From NCBI GenBank assembly GCA_000165425.1, contig CT868052.1, positions 248,001-312,000 of the forward strand: DNA of 64,000 nt, read 5' to 3'. A model generated the notes under the pieces. The model was not told the DNA's origin, did not search any database, and saw only the letters and a list, made by a program, of their open reading frames with translations. The translations under genes and the position numbers were made by a program. Of the stretch, positions 27,717-40,358 are shown piece by piece. Within the stretch, counting starts at the first letter, position 1; each line of letters opens with the position of its first letter. Origin of the DNA: Paramecium tetraurelia. Lineage: Eukaryota.

Positions 27717-29670
27717 ATGAATGAATATCAATCTTATACTTCTGAAAATCGTAAATCAAAATAAACTATAAATACCATTGAAGAACTTAGTAAAAATCAA
27801 TCATTCAGAATTCTCAAACTCTAGACATCTGGACTTGGGAAGATGAATAATAGCAGTAAAAGAAACCCATAAAACTTTGATGTTTCCCAAGTCTCTACAT
27901 CTATGCCATTGAGGTAATTGAACCTTTATTATTCCTTTAAGTTAGAAGAATATGTTATCATTTTTGGCTCATGATGAGTCAAAGCGTCCAAATTCATATG
28001 AATAGTTATTTTAAGATTTGTAACAATCAAAACAATAAGTGAACAATCTCAAAGACGAAAACACAAGGCTAAAAACCAAAGTATAACATAATGAAGTATG
28101 TTTGATTGCATATAGTTTAGAGAGAATTCTTAAAATATGAAAACTTAATAGAAGATTTAACTACTCAAAAGAAATCGAATAATTAAGATCTTTAGATTAT
28201 TTCACTACGAAAGTAAGTTAAGGATAAAAGCTAAGAATTGGAAGATAAGATGAAAGAGTTAGAAATATTGAAGAGAAATAGCAAAGTTTGCAAATTATAA
28301 GAATTGGAAGTAATTATACCCAATAAATCATAGATTGAAAAAAAAGTTTATTTTGAATAAACTTTAATGATGAAGCATATGTTATAGATGGCCTAAGACC
28401 AGATTTAGTATCAACAAAGCAAATTAGAATAAGTGTAACAATTAGAATCTCAATTAGATATTTGTCATGAACAAATGTTTAAATTATAATAATAAAACAA
28501 TGAGTAATTCGAGATCATTAGTAAAAAAGAATAAATCATAAAAGAATTGAAAATCCAATTAAAAAACTCATCAATTAAATAATAACAAATAAACTAAAAA
28601 TAACAATAAATTTAATTGAAGTATGACAATTTGCATCTGCTCTATCAATCTATCAAAGGAGTACACAACAATACTCAACCTAAAGACAGTCCTTTAAAAT
28701 TCCCAAAAGACATTGTTATATTGAAATTACATTAAAAAAGAGTCACAATGAATCAATATAACAAGGCAATTGAAGTATTAAAGTAAGCAAAAAACAAACA
28801 AGAGTTTGGTTAAATGTTGTAGATGTAAGAATATCAAATTTATTTGATGTAGAGACCCATTTTATTTGAGTGAAACTGAATCTTAATAAGTGGTAGATAA
28901 ACTAACGGGAACATAGTCATTATCTTAACAATTCATCACTTAATTAAGTTATCAATCCTTAGAAGGTTTGGATGAATAGTAGGCACAATAATTAATCAAT
29001 AAGGTATTCCAATAAGTAGCGTATAGTCTCTTTAATCTAAAAAAGATCGTGTACGATAGTATTGGATTCAATACAAATACAAAAAAGTTGGAAGAGACGA
29101 TATTATCAAATTTATTTAGGCCATGAATTTTAATTGGGATTAATAGACAACATCATATTTTCTATTAGAAGTATCTCAATTATTTTATTAAAGATATTCT
29201 AAAATAATTTGTCAAATAACAATGTAACTAATAATAGTGAACAGAATTCATAAAGCATGAGAGTATCTATAGACTTTATCACTAATCCTTTTTCAAGATA
29301 ATCACATCATAAAAGTTCAAATGAAGTCTAATAATAGGATAGCTTTATTAGAGATCTGAATGAGTAATAGAGTAATTAATAGGTCATTGAGAATTTTAAT
29401 CCAAATGATGAAGTCTTAATTAATTAATTTTTCCCTGCTGATGAAGAAGATAAATAATTTGAAATAATAAGTAGCAACCCTCAAGAGAAATTGACTTCAA
29501 AATATCAACAAGAGAATCAGATTTAGGAAGTTAATGAAGAGGATATGCTAAGTTCTAAACCATAAGATGAAGATAATGCTAATGATATTGCCTATTTGGA
29601 AAGCAATCAATAAGAAGAGTTAGTTTAAGAAGTTAAAAGCCTTGAAATTTTGAATGATTATCAATAATGA
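27717..29670 (+). CDS. Coiled-coil protein, N-terminal region IQCE/lebercilin-like (tentative)
   Basis: EQLFQDLQQSKQQVNNLKDENTRLKTKV...NSKVCKLQELEIEKKVYFEQ; acidic tail; ends TAA TGA. Confidence 0.65.
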
Positions 29671-30956
29671 CTAATATTTTTATCATTTAAACTATCCAGA
29701 TAATTTAAAAATTCTATAGCTGGCTTGTTTATCCACTAAATATATCACAATATCCTTACTCTAACCGCTTTAAATCCAGTGAACCATTCAATATGACCTC
29801 CCTTCTTAGTTAAAGCTAAGATCAGATTGTTATTGCTTAAAATTGCATCCTTAGGAATATACTATGATTGAATGACTGGATCATCCATTGATGATACAAA
29901 TAAAGTAGGTACTTCAATCTATTCGATTTCTTTGACACAATTGATTTTCGTGTATAAATCTTAGATGCTTTCATAGCCCAACAATTTTTTGGTCACTATT
30001 TCATCAAAGTCTTCAGTTCTATAACATTTCTAAGCCTAATCTAGATGATAAATTTCTACAATTCTATATACCTACATCAATGCCTGACTTTTTATAAACA
30101 TCAATATTCCACTTCATATTCCTGATGAAATTTTTAGTGATAGCCATATTGTAAATAAACTTCGTTGGCTTCTTGATTTCCTAAGCTAAAGTTTAAATAT
30201 CCCATGGACAACTGATTGCTACTGCTCCTTTGATGACATCCTTATATTTTGCTAGAAATTTCACCAGTTGCAAAGAACCCATCGAAAATCCTAACATATA
30301 CAAAGGAGCATCTGGATTTTAGGATTTAATATAATTTACTCCAGCCAATAAATCATCCAATTTAGAAAAGTCAGTAGGCTATGCAGATAGCATTCTTGAA
30401 TTTGCATACCCTCGCATATTGATACAGTAAACTCTAAATCCTTTGCGATTCGCATTTAATACTGTATGTCTAATGTAATTACATTCACTAGCGCCAGTCA
30501 ATCCATGTAGTATTATTAAGGTTTTTTATTTTGGGTTCTCGCTTTTATCAGATCTGAGAAACTTTTGATTCACAGGCAGAGAATCTATAGTAATTAATCC
30601 ATTTTCTACGGGTACTTCCACACGAGTCATAGGCACATATGGTACAGGATCAAATTTGCTTCCATACAAACTCTAAAGGAAAGCTGTCTACAAATAAATT
30701 GTTGGTTTATAAACGCCCTATATAAATTAATGTTACCCCCTACCTATCTTAAACTTGTGCAATTTTAAATGATTTACAAGTTTTTAGGAGTTTAATTGAA
30801 TGTATACAGAATATCAGTGTTCCAATAGTTTCCTTATATTTCCACTCCAATCAGGGCTAATCCTGCATAAAACATCCATTTTCTGGTTCTGCTCCATCCT
30901 ATTCTCTATCGTTCTTGGAATTATGCAATACTCATTGAAGAAAATCGAAATTTCAT
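29661..30956 (-). CDS. Alpha/beta hydrolase of the ABHD1-3/YheT family
   Basis: ILHGLTGASECNYIRH, NMRG, nucleophile GFSMG, VPTLFVSSMDDPVI, GGHIEWF; alternative start at 30935. Confidence 0.92.
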
Positions 30957-30968
30957 TATTTAAATTTA

Positions 30969-31319
30969 ATGATTATACGCAAACCAACAACAATAACTTT
31001 GAAACCAGAAGACGATTACCAAGAATACGAAGATTTTAAGAGAAGACAAGAGGACTAAAAGAAGAGCTAAATGCAATAGAAGAAGGAAATGTTCCCCTGG
31101 TCACAGTAATAACAAGCACAGATTATTAATTAAGTTTGAAAATTTTGAATTTCAAAATAGGCACCAAAAAATACAAGAAGATCAATTCAAGTTGCCCAAG
31201 AACCCACAATTGAATTTGAACCTGATTCCTACTTTGAAATTAACAATCAAATCCCTGTCAACTAATTATTCAGAATGATAAATCCATCTCCTGACGCTAT
31301 GTAACAAGAGCCATAATGA
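30969..31319 (+). CDS. CDC26: Anaphase-promoting complex subunit CDC26 (Apc12)-like
   Basis: N-terminus MIIRKPTTITLKPEDDYQEYEDFKR matches the CDC26 motif [20 protein letters not shown]; one 27-nt intron; ends TAA TGA. Confidence 0.75.
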
Positions 31320-32211
31320 GATAAATATCTTATTCTGATTCATTAAATTACTCATAATTATTCTTATTGTTTATATTGATCTTGGTTTTCAATTCTTTTT
31401 ATCACTAATGATTTTATAATATTTATTAAATACAATATATTAAAGATGAATATTTATATTATGATGTTATATTATACAATTTAAGTAAAGATTTTGAATA
31501 TAAACTTTATAATTTTCGCCACCTCTCAAAGGAGAGTTTATCAATAAAACACTGATTTTGCTTTGGCTTTGATTAAAGAAAATTATAAACCTAGATAGCC
31601 AATAAATAATTACTATTATTTTAAATATTAAAATGCCTTTTATCTTATTTTAATTTTTATATTTAAAAAAAAAAATATTGTAATATCATGGATGTTCTCC
31701 AGAAAAGAATGCTTATTTATTGATTATCAATGATCCCTTTTCCAATAAAATAAAATAAAATAATGTATAAAATTTTAAAACAATTGTTAGATATAGAGTC
31801 TTATGTCCTCTTGTAAATTATGTCTTATTTAAAGTTAATGATAAACTTTTATCTTTAGGAGGATAAATTTTTTTTAATATATGCTAAATACAGCCTTACT
31901 CTTGCTTTCAACCTCTATCCTTCATATAAATCTATATTTAAAACTTTTGAATTGTTACAAATTAATAGCCACCCACAAATTATGGATGCGTATTAGTTTT
32001 CATTTGGCAAGAAGACTTAATTAAAAATGAGCATGCTTTCAACATTTTGTATATATTATCATATTTTAAAACACGATATTTATATTTACATATCTAATTA
32101 TAAACTTACAGATTTCATTAAAATACAAAGAAATTAATTTCTTCATCCCCCCATTAATGTGACGATATAACGGGGCAAATCATAGGGGAAATAAAAATAA
32201 TATTTAAAATA

Positions 32212-32595
32212 ATGAATAAATGTAAAGTTGGCTTCAACAATAGGAAATATTAATGTATTAATACTGGTTAAAGGATATCACTTCTTGTTGACATTTTAAT
32301 TGAGGGCCTATCAATAAAACAAGCAGCAAAGAAGAATAATATTAAATTCTCATCAGCTAAAGTAATCCTTAAGCTTTTCAAACATGAGGGACGCATTGGG
32401 AAGGTGAAAGAAAATTAGTTAACTTAAACTGATAATACTGTATAATTACAACAAAAATCTTAATTAAACAATGAAAATATGTAACTATGCAAGAATCTGT
32501 TGAAATAAATAGAAGATTGTAAAGCTAGAAACAATTAACTGCAGTAGGAGCTGACTATTTATTAATAAATTAATAATTAATTTAATTTAGAATGA
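32212..32595 (+). CDS. Small helix-turn-helix (homeodomain-like) protein with a coiled-coil tail, 127 aa
   Basis: RKYQCINTGQRISLL...GLSIKQAAKKNNIKFSSAKVILKLFKHEGRIGK; intronless. Confidence 0.8.
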
Positions 32596-32752
32596 AATTA
32601 TAATTTAAATCAGCATTTTAATTACTTCGAAGGATGTACTTTTATTTATTCCTCATATCCGCTTAATATTTATTTGTCTAATTCCATAAATTCTGCGAGT
32701 AAATATTCTAATTAATCGTCACTTTATTCATACATTTTTGGATGATAAAAGA

Positions 32753-33343
32753 TCAAACTTTTATCTATGTTTTGCTAGATTTGTTAGTGAATAATAATTG
32801 TACCTATTTCAAAAAGTATTTAATTTCTTTCAGAAAGGCCTCAGCAATTGAACGATCTTGGCAAAAAGAATTCATATCATATATATCAGTTGGTAATTAC
32901 ATGGCCATTCTTCTAAGGATATAGAATGGCATGAATTCTTCTATTTTGTGGATATCATCTTTAGGCATTTTCTTTTTAAATAATGATTTTCTCAAAAGTT
33001 ATAGTCTTTCCATTAGTAAATCGAATTTAGACTAAACTAAGCAATATCCATAAATTTAGTGATAAATGGGCTATGCCTTTAATTATGCCTCTATCAATTA
33101 AGTTTGCCAAGTTTTTTGTTTATTTTAAGGTTCAAATTTGAAGTCATCTAAATTAATTTATACTTCATCTTAAGTTTGTAATGAAAAAATATCCGGAGTT
33201 TGTTTGATAGCTTGGATGATTGGAAGAGGTAGCTTTTTGTTCTTTTTGATATCCGAGAATTCCTTGATTTTTTTGAAGGAAGTTTCATTCAAATAGTCAG
33301 CTAATTATTTTTAGAATTTATTCTTAGGTTATAAAAAACTCAT
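32753..33343 (-). CDS. Hypothetical protein, 196 aa, intronless
   Basis: 591-nt code 6 ORF MSFLQPKNKFQKQLADYLNE...KTQIKV*. Confidence 0.65.
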
Positions 33344-33540
33344 ATTTATAATAATTTTATAAGTATAATTTGAACGATAAATCGAGTGAATTAATTTTAA
33401 TCATAATGCCTGTTTGAGAATGATATGATACAGAGAGATCAAATATTCAAAATTCAAGAATTACAGAAGGCAGATTAAACTTATATTTAAATGCTATTAG
33501 ATGATATTAGAAAATAACCTGAAAAACATATAAATAATCA

Positions 33541-35174
33541 TCATTACCAATGATCCAAGTCTTCCAATTCAGGTTTCATTTATTGTTGCACTTATTAAAC
33601 TTACTTATTCTTTTCTCCTCCTTACTACCTAATTTAGACCTTCTATTCAGTTATAGGCTCTTTTCTATAAGGTATGATGGCATTGTTCAATAAAATATGA
33701 GGGAAAAACTTATATTACCAGAATTTAATAGAGTTATCTTTCCCACTAGTCATCAGCAAGCCAACTGAATCAAACAATTATATTTTTGTTATATCCTTAT
33801 CATGAGCATCTAATGAATAAAGATACTTCATATTGGTAGATTCTAAAATAACAACGCAATTTCCATAATTCACATAGATTTCCTTTGTACTAATAGAAAA
33901 TTGAACAACTTTATTTGGGAGCGTCTTAAGCAAGGTGATTTGATTAGAATTCTTTTCTTTGCCTTGTTTTCCAATTTCAAATACACTAAGATACCCCTCC
34001 TTGCTACCACAAATTAAATAGTTCTTAATGGGACAATATTGAATTGAAGTTAGATGCATAGTGACATCCTATTTTATCTAATGGATCGCATGTAAAGGGC
34101 CATTTTCAAAGGAGAATATATATATACTCCCAATGTTGTCACCGACAAAAAGTCTATATTGATTGGTAGTCATGCAAGTCAACTCATTCGTGAATTCCTT
34201 CTCTATTATAAGACAATGGTCGTACCTTTTAGAATACTGCTTGGATTTTAGAGATCGGTTGTGATGATACATTTATCTCTGCCAATGCTGTAACAATGGC
34301 CTGTCAAATGATTGAATGCAATTCCATTGATTGATTGAGTGTGCTTATGTATGGTACAAAATTCAGAATATTCTAAATATTATTTATTCGTTGCGATTCT
34401 CAAACAAACAATGTGACCATCATCAAATCCAATACCTAGAATAGTCAATTTCTCTTCCCATCTAATCATTGTGCCTCTGTGTTGATATTGCACAGTCCAT
34501 AGGGTTTGTGCTACAGCTTGGCCTTCTTTATTGACATCCAATCTATAACAGATTAATTATGTATGAAATGATGGCTTTAGGGATTTACCAAAGATACCCA
34601 TAAATCCTTGCATTTTACTAGAAATGGAATCATCTGTAGTCAATACAAATAGTAATTGAGTATCAATTTCATAATGGAAATCTGAGATTGGAAATGCATG
34701 GCCGTAATGAATTTTCAAAGATGGTTTTGGTTGGAATAGCCATTTGTTATTGAGCAATTGGGATAACTATTTGATAGTTTGAGTAGAATTACTTCACAGA
34801 AATTATAAAAGCTCTCGCTTCCCAAAACATCGCATCGCCAGATCAAGGCTCCCAACCATTTTTCTAAATCTACTCTTCTCTTCTCTGAGTCCAAAGTATT
34901 TGGCTTGAATCCAAACATTCCTATCCCAGGCAATTGAGGCAAGTCAGGACATTGGAGAGTCAATGTTTTGCACAAGGCGATGCAATTGTCGTATGTGTAT
35001 TCAAGATCAGATTTCTTAAATGGTTCAACTAATGTATATTACAACACTATCCTATAATATATTTGACCATCTGCCTTCTCCCGATAGCCAGGAACTTTAA
35101 ACTAGTTTAATATTTAAATATACTTTTAAATGTGCCCCTAAATACTCAATTCCATTAAGAGTGTCTAAACTCAT
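33541..35174 (-). CDS. PX domain + WD40-repeat protein
   Basis: PX: YYRIVL...PDLPQLPG...EKRRVDLEKWL; WD40: LGIGFDDG, LFVGDNIGSIYIF, LICGSKEGYLSVF, DAHDKDITKI, MTSGKDNSIKFW; C-terminal EDLDHWQ*. Confidence 0.85.
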
Positions 35175-35185
35175 AATTAAATAAA

Positions 35186-36293
35186 ATGTTTTTGGGGCGA
35201 AGAATATTCAGAGCTTTTTGCTCCTAAGCTTAATATAATGTCCCCATTTTCACCTCAAGCAAAGGTCCACATGACCATAAACACCTCGACGATGTCCTTT
35301 TAGATCAGATGGTCAAAGGTTTTAAGAAAGCATATACCGACAAATTTTTGTTAGACTTTAAAAAAGTTATCATCAATAAAATATTTCAAGGTGGTCTTAC
35401 CTGCTAAGAGAGTTAGATCGTTGGATGATCATATCATTGGTCTATGGAAGCAACATGAAGTGGCAGTTGTGATTGAAGGGAGAGATGAATTCGAGGATAT
35501 CGATATAGTTTTAGATTACTATTAAGTGGCTGCAGTAAAGAGAAGGATTTGTGCAAATGTAGCTCCCATTTATATCAGAATTCCTGGACATGATGGAGAC
35601 ATCCGTTGCACTCTGGGTGAAATCATTAAAGATCCTAGTAACATTGATAAGTTTAATTGATAGAAAGTGGTTGGCCTTTCAAAGTTACTCTGAGAAGATA
35701 CATAGTAGGCAGACCAAATCTATTGTACGTACCAATTGCTATATTACCTAATAACTCCAATGCAGCATTAGTAAGGGGAACTGATTATGATGTACATATT
35801 GAAGGAGTTTGGATAAATTCATATAATGCCACTTATCCAACTAAATTCTTTGTTGATGCTAAGAATCTTAAGACATACAGACCGTATAAATTGGGAGATT
35901 TATAAAATACATTCCCATAAGGAATACTATTGCATGAAAGATACAAGAAACTTATCCATTGGAATGTTGCAACTCTGGCCAGAGATGAAGATGATGTAAG
36001 AATATCATTGTTATATATAATAGAAATTCTTTGAAGAAGCTGAATTCTAAAGATCAAAAAAAGATGATGATTTATTGATCTATAGAAAACCAGATGATGA
36101 AGGAGAGGAAACATTGGAAGGAGTAATGTTGTATTAAAAGAAAAAAGTAACCGTGGAGAAGACTTAAAAAAAGAGAAAGGAAAAGTCTCTTAAAAAGAAA
36201 GTCAAATAAGCAAATCAAGAATTGTAAAAAGAAGTAGCTGCAGCCAAAGAAGCTAAGGATGCTGCTGCTAAAGAAGCTGCTGCTAAAAAATGA
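35186..36293 (+). CDS. Mitochondrial ribosomal protein bL25 (L25/Ctc)-like
   Basis: Presequence-like MFLGRRIFRAFCS; VAVVIEGR; IIKDPKSGWPFKVTL; VPIAIL; YPTKFFVDAKNL...KLGDL follow the bL25 pattern; Lys/Ala-rich tail. Confidence 0.7.
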
Positions 36294-36342
36294 TGAGTTT
36301 ATAGTATATATTCATTATAATGATTATTGGTTCATAAACTTA

Positions 36343-38177
36343 TCAAAATTATTCAAGATTTCCAAGTTCTCTTTGATAATTTGTTTAACGAACCCTATTA
36401 ATATATCATATCTGACTAACACTTGTCTTTTCTAAGGTAAATATGATCGAGTAGATTAAGCAATACAAGAGAGACGCTTTGTGTTAAATCTGAATCCCTA
36501 TCCTTTATACCCTTCACTATGAAATGAAGTAAATTGTCTTGGAGAATAAGTAAGCGACTCCATCTTTTCTAAACTATTTTTTTAGGATTTCAATAGGTAT
36601 TGATTCTATCTCTTAGTAAACTGTTCTTTTGTAACCCGTGCTTAAACCTGAGTCTAATCTGTTTCTATATAGTTAATTAAAGGTTCTAGGTATCTGCCAT
36701 TACCTATTCCCCCAAAGACAGCTATTTTTGAACTAAGTAATACTGAGTTATGAGCACATCTTGGTACATTGTTACCTTCGATTAATACTTACTACCATAG
36801 ATTTATGGAGGGATAAAAAATAAAACATTCACTGGATTCCAGACATCCATTTATTATTTAATCTCTTTATCCTCCTAAAATAACGATGCCTTGTATTTTT
36901 TTTATAAATTCCATGGTATGGTTATGACAAGGCATAGGTGGTTTGCCTTCAGTTTAAACAGTCTCCCAAGCAATAGCAGTAGTAGTATTAGGATAGAAGA
37001 TTAACTTCTTCATAATGTTAGTAGAATTCCCATCCTGATTCTTACCTCCAAAGCAGTAAATAGTTTCAACTGGAATCAGATCAGTAGTATTGTCATTGAA
37101 TTTCGAGGATTAGGAGATGTTGATGATTGAATGACAACAAATAGGAGTTGATTTGACGTCCCATTATTTCCATATCATTTTCTCTATATTATACAAAGCT
37201 GTATCATTAAGCACCTATTCACTGCTGTTAACTCCTCCATAAACAAGCATCCACTTCCATCCATAAATACATGCCTTATGATGTCTCCTTGGTTCTATGT
37301 AGTCTCCTTAGACGTTGATCTTCTCCCAAAACCTCGTGCTTGCATTGTAATCAAACACAGTGTTAAAACATTCTCGCACTTTCAATTTTATATTGAATTT
37401 GCAAGACCCCCCGAAATAAATGAAATGATTTCTCAAAGCCACTACTGTCAAAGCTGCTCGACCATTTTTCGGCATTTCCCCTTAAGCATTTATTACATGC
37501 CAATCCTGAAATCCTACTTAAATGATAAAGTTACTTAAATCGAATCTAAGCATTTGATCTCTAATTCCATCTCCTGCTATTCCTCCATACAAATATAGTG
37601 AATCTCCATACAACGCCATCGATCCACTCTCAGTAAAAGAAGGTCTGAAACTTCTTGCACTTCTAAAAAATTCTTAAGTTTCACCATAGAATGTCAACTG
37701 GGGAGGATGATCAATTTCAGCTTCTACTGTTGGTAAAGCCAAATTAGGCATTTGGTACACTCCAATAATTAATGTAAGTACCTCTGGCTCCTTCCTTTAG
37801 GTTCACTCTCTTTTTTGGCGAATGGTCTCTCCTTTTTAATTTTTATACAACTCTGATTTTTAATTTCTTTTGAGTTCCTTAATCTAATGCATCTGATATA
37901 ACTTCTTGGTGTCTCTCTGTCATTTGTGAAATTATTTATTCCCGTTAAACTTTGTTATGGGTTAATTACATCATCAGTCTAGCTCTTGGAGATGGTATTC
38001 GCAATATTGTTTTTGAGAATGCCTTACTAAATCTACTTTGTTATGGTACGCTTTCGGCATTTCAGTAAATGTCTTAAATAATGCACTCTGCGTCACTGGA
38101 GTATTTAGAAGGGTACGTTCAGATTATAGAATCTCTATTTACGGACTCACTCCTTAAGATGAAGTTCGCAAATGCAT
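36343..38177 (-). CDS. Kelch-repeat protein (3' end approximate)
   Basis: LYLYGGIAGDG, IISFISGGL, MLVYGGVN, IYCFGGK, PPMPCHNHTM, IVILGG, PRCAHNS, AVFGG. Confidence 0.85.
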
Positions 38178-39208
38178 TATATTTTAATTAAATCAATTAA
38201 GTTACTTTATAGAGTTCATATTTTAAGGGTCACTCAAAATGTTTAAAGACAAAAGAGACAAACCATACCATTAGAATCTAATTTAAAAATAATTTATCTA
38301 GATCCACTTTGTATAAACTATTATATACAGTAAAATAATTATTGATCCAGGAATCGATATGCAATTTAAAAATACTTAAATTACCTTTTTCAGAATTGGC
38401 TACTCAAATATTTGTTGTATCTACATTCTTCAAATAAAGAGTTTGACGAAAAATAGGATTTTTATATTCTTACAAATTATAATTTATTCAAATACTTTAT
38501 TGAATATTCATATCACTTATATTTAGATATTAAAGACTGTTGTTTGTCTGGTAATAAAAGAAGAATTTATTATCTACTTAATTTATATCCCAATATATAC
38601 TGTTATCATAATTGTTAGAAGTACAAGATTTTGAGAATAAATTCATAAAGTTCAATTTGCCTAATTAAAAATTAAGCAGTTATAGTATTTATTAATCTAA
38701 TACAAAGTAATTTTATCTTATTGCTAATGTAAAAAGGGAGGATAAATTTTAATCAAAAATTAGAATTCACCTTATTTACTTATTAAATTTGAATAAAATT
38801 CTATCTTCTTATTAACTGATAATTTACAACTTAAGGAATTTGAATAATTTATAAGTAACTATGTCTTATTGAATTCAACTCATATTTTCTGAAAGTATCT
38901 ATTCAATTACATTAAAATTAGATTGTTTATTCAAAATACTCTTATGTATTATGATTTATATTTTACAATTATGTGAACCGCAATCGATAAGAAATACACA
39001 ACTTATTTAACAATGATTATTATTGTTGTAAATTATTCACAAATTGTGAAGAGAAGGTTTTCATATAAATAAGAAGTACTTTAATTATTTTCACATAAAT
39101 TAATTTACCAATATTATACAACAACGTTAATATAAATATGAGTTCAATTTATTTAATATTGTTAACTACTATTTAATGTATCAATCATCTCCTGAGAAAC
39201 GAAAATAA

Positions 39209-40330
39209 ATGCAGATGCATGGAAGACCAATGGAAGACATGACTTGCATTATTGATTGCGGATATATTGGTTCTCTCTTTCTAGGAAACATAGAAAGTGC
39301 AAGTAAAATGACATAATATTCAAGCCGATCTTGCTCAACTAAAAAAAAATAGAATAACAGCTATTTTATCTATCTGTGTGTCTAAAATACCATTTACTGT
39401 TAGTTCATAAATGAAATAATATGAACATATCATCTTGGAAGATAGTGAGAATGAGAATATTTATCGATATTTTAATTCTTCTTTTGAATTTATTGATAAA
39501 GGAAGACAATCAGGAAATGTTTTAGTCCATTGTATGGCTGGTATTTCCAGGAGTGCTGCATTAGTTGCCGCTTATTTGATGAGGAAACATAATATGTCCT
39601 CAAAAGAGGCTTTGCAATAATTGGAAAGGAAGAGATGGTAGGTTTATCCTAATGATGGTTTTATCAAGTAGTTACTGTTATACGAAAAAGAATTGAATCA
39701 ATAAGAATAAGAAATAACATATAACTGGAATGGAAAAATAATATATAATTAATAAAATAACATAAAAAGTTAAACAAGTTCTACAGATAGGTTAATTACT
39801 AAGATAAGTAAGTTTAATGATGATGAAGCTATTTCTAATGAGTATTCTAAAATCAGAAAGAAGTACATAGATGAAGAGAAATCTCTAGATTTTATGCAGA
39901 AATCAAACTAATATTAATTATAATAATAAAGGAAAACTCAATTTGAAATATTGAATAATGGAATTAATATTCAGATTTAGAGACTATAATAGCTATCTGC
40001 TAGTAATAGAAATCTTAATGCATTTGAACCTAAATAAACTATTATTACCGATAACCAGCAAAAAAAAAGAGCATTAATGGATGCAAGTAATCAAATGAAA
40101 TATTTATATAAGTAAACAATTTCAGCAAGAATACAACAAATAACAAAGGAATACAACTGGAGACAACATTATATGTTCCAAAAAAATAAGAATTTTCAAG
40201 CAAATACTTACCTACTACAACAAGAGATTAACCATAAAATTATGGCTTCAAGGCTGCTAATAATTACTAATAAAAACTAGATACTCTGCTTAATTAGTTT
40301 GGCAAGAAGTCTACATACTAATACAACTGA
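39209..40330 (+). CDS. Dual-specificity protein phosphatase
   Basis: LFLGNIESA, ILEDSENENI, VLVHCMAGISRSAALVAAYLM, YPNDGFIKQL; low-complexity tail. Confidence 0.93.
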
Positions 40331-40358
40331 GTATATTAATATAGGAAAATACAATATA

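Noticed and set aside
30810..30822. Apparent in-frame TGA (Sec or readthrough) in the ABHD hydrolase
   Set aside because: On recount the TGA is out of frame (AAC ACT GAT) and the ORF is uninterrupted.
33406..33418. ATGCCTGTTTGAG, similar to the 3' end of 5.8S rRNA (possible rRNA fragment or snoRNA guide)
   Set aside because: It is only 13 nt, with no further rRNA similarity and no properly spaced C/D boxes, so it could be chance.
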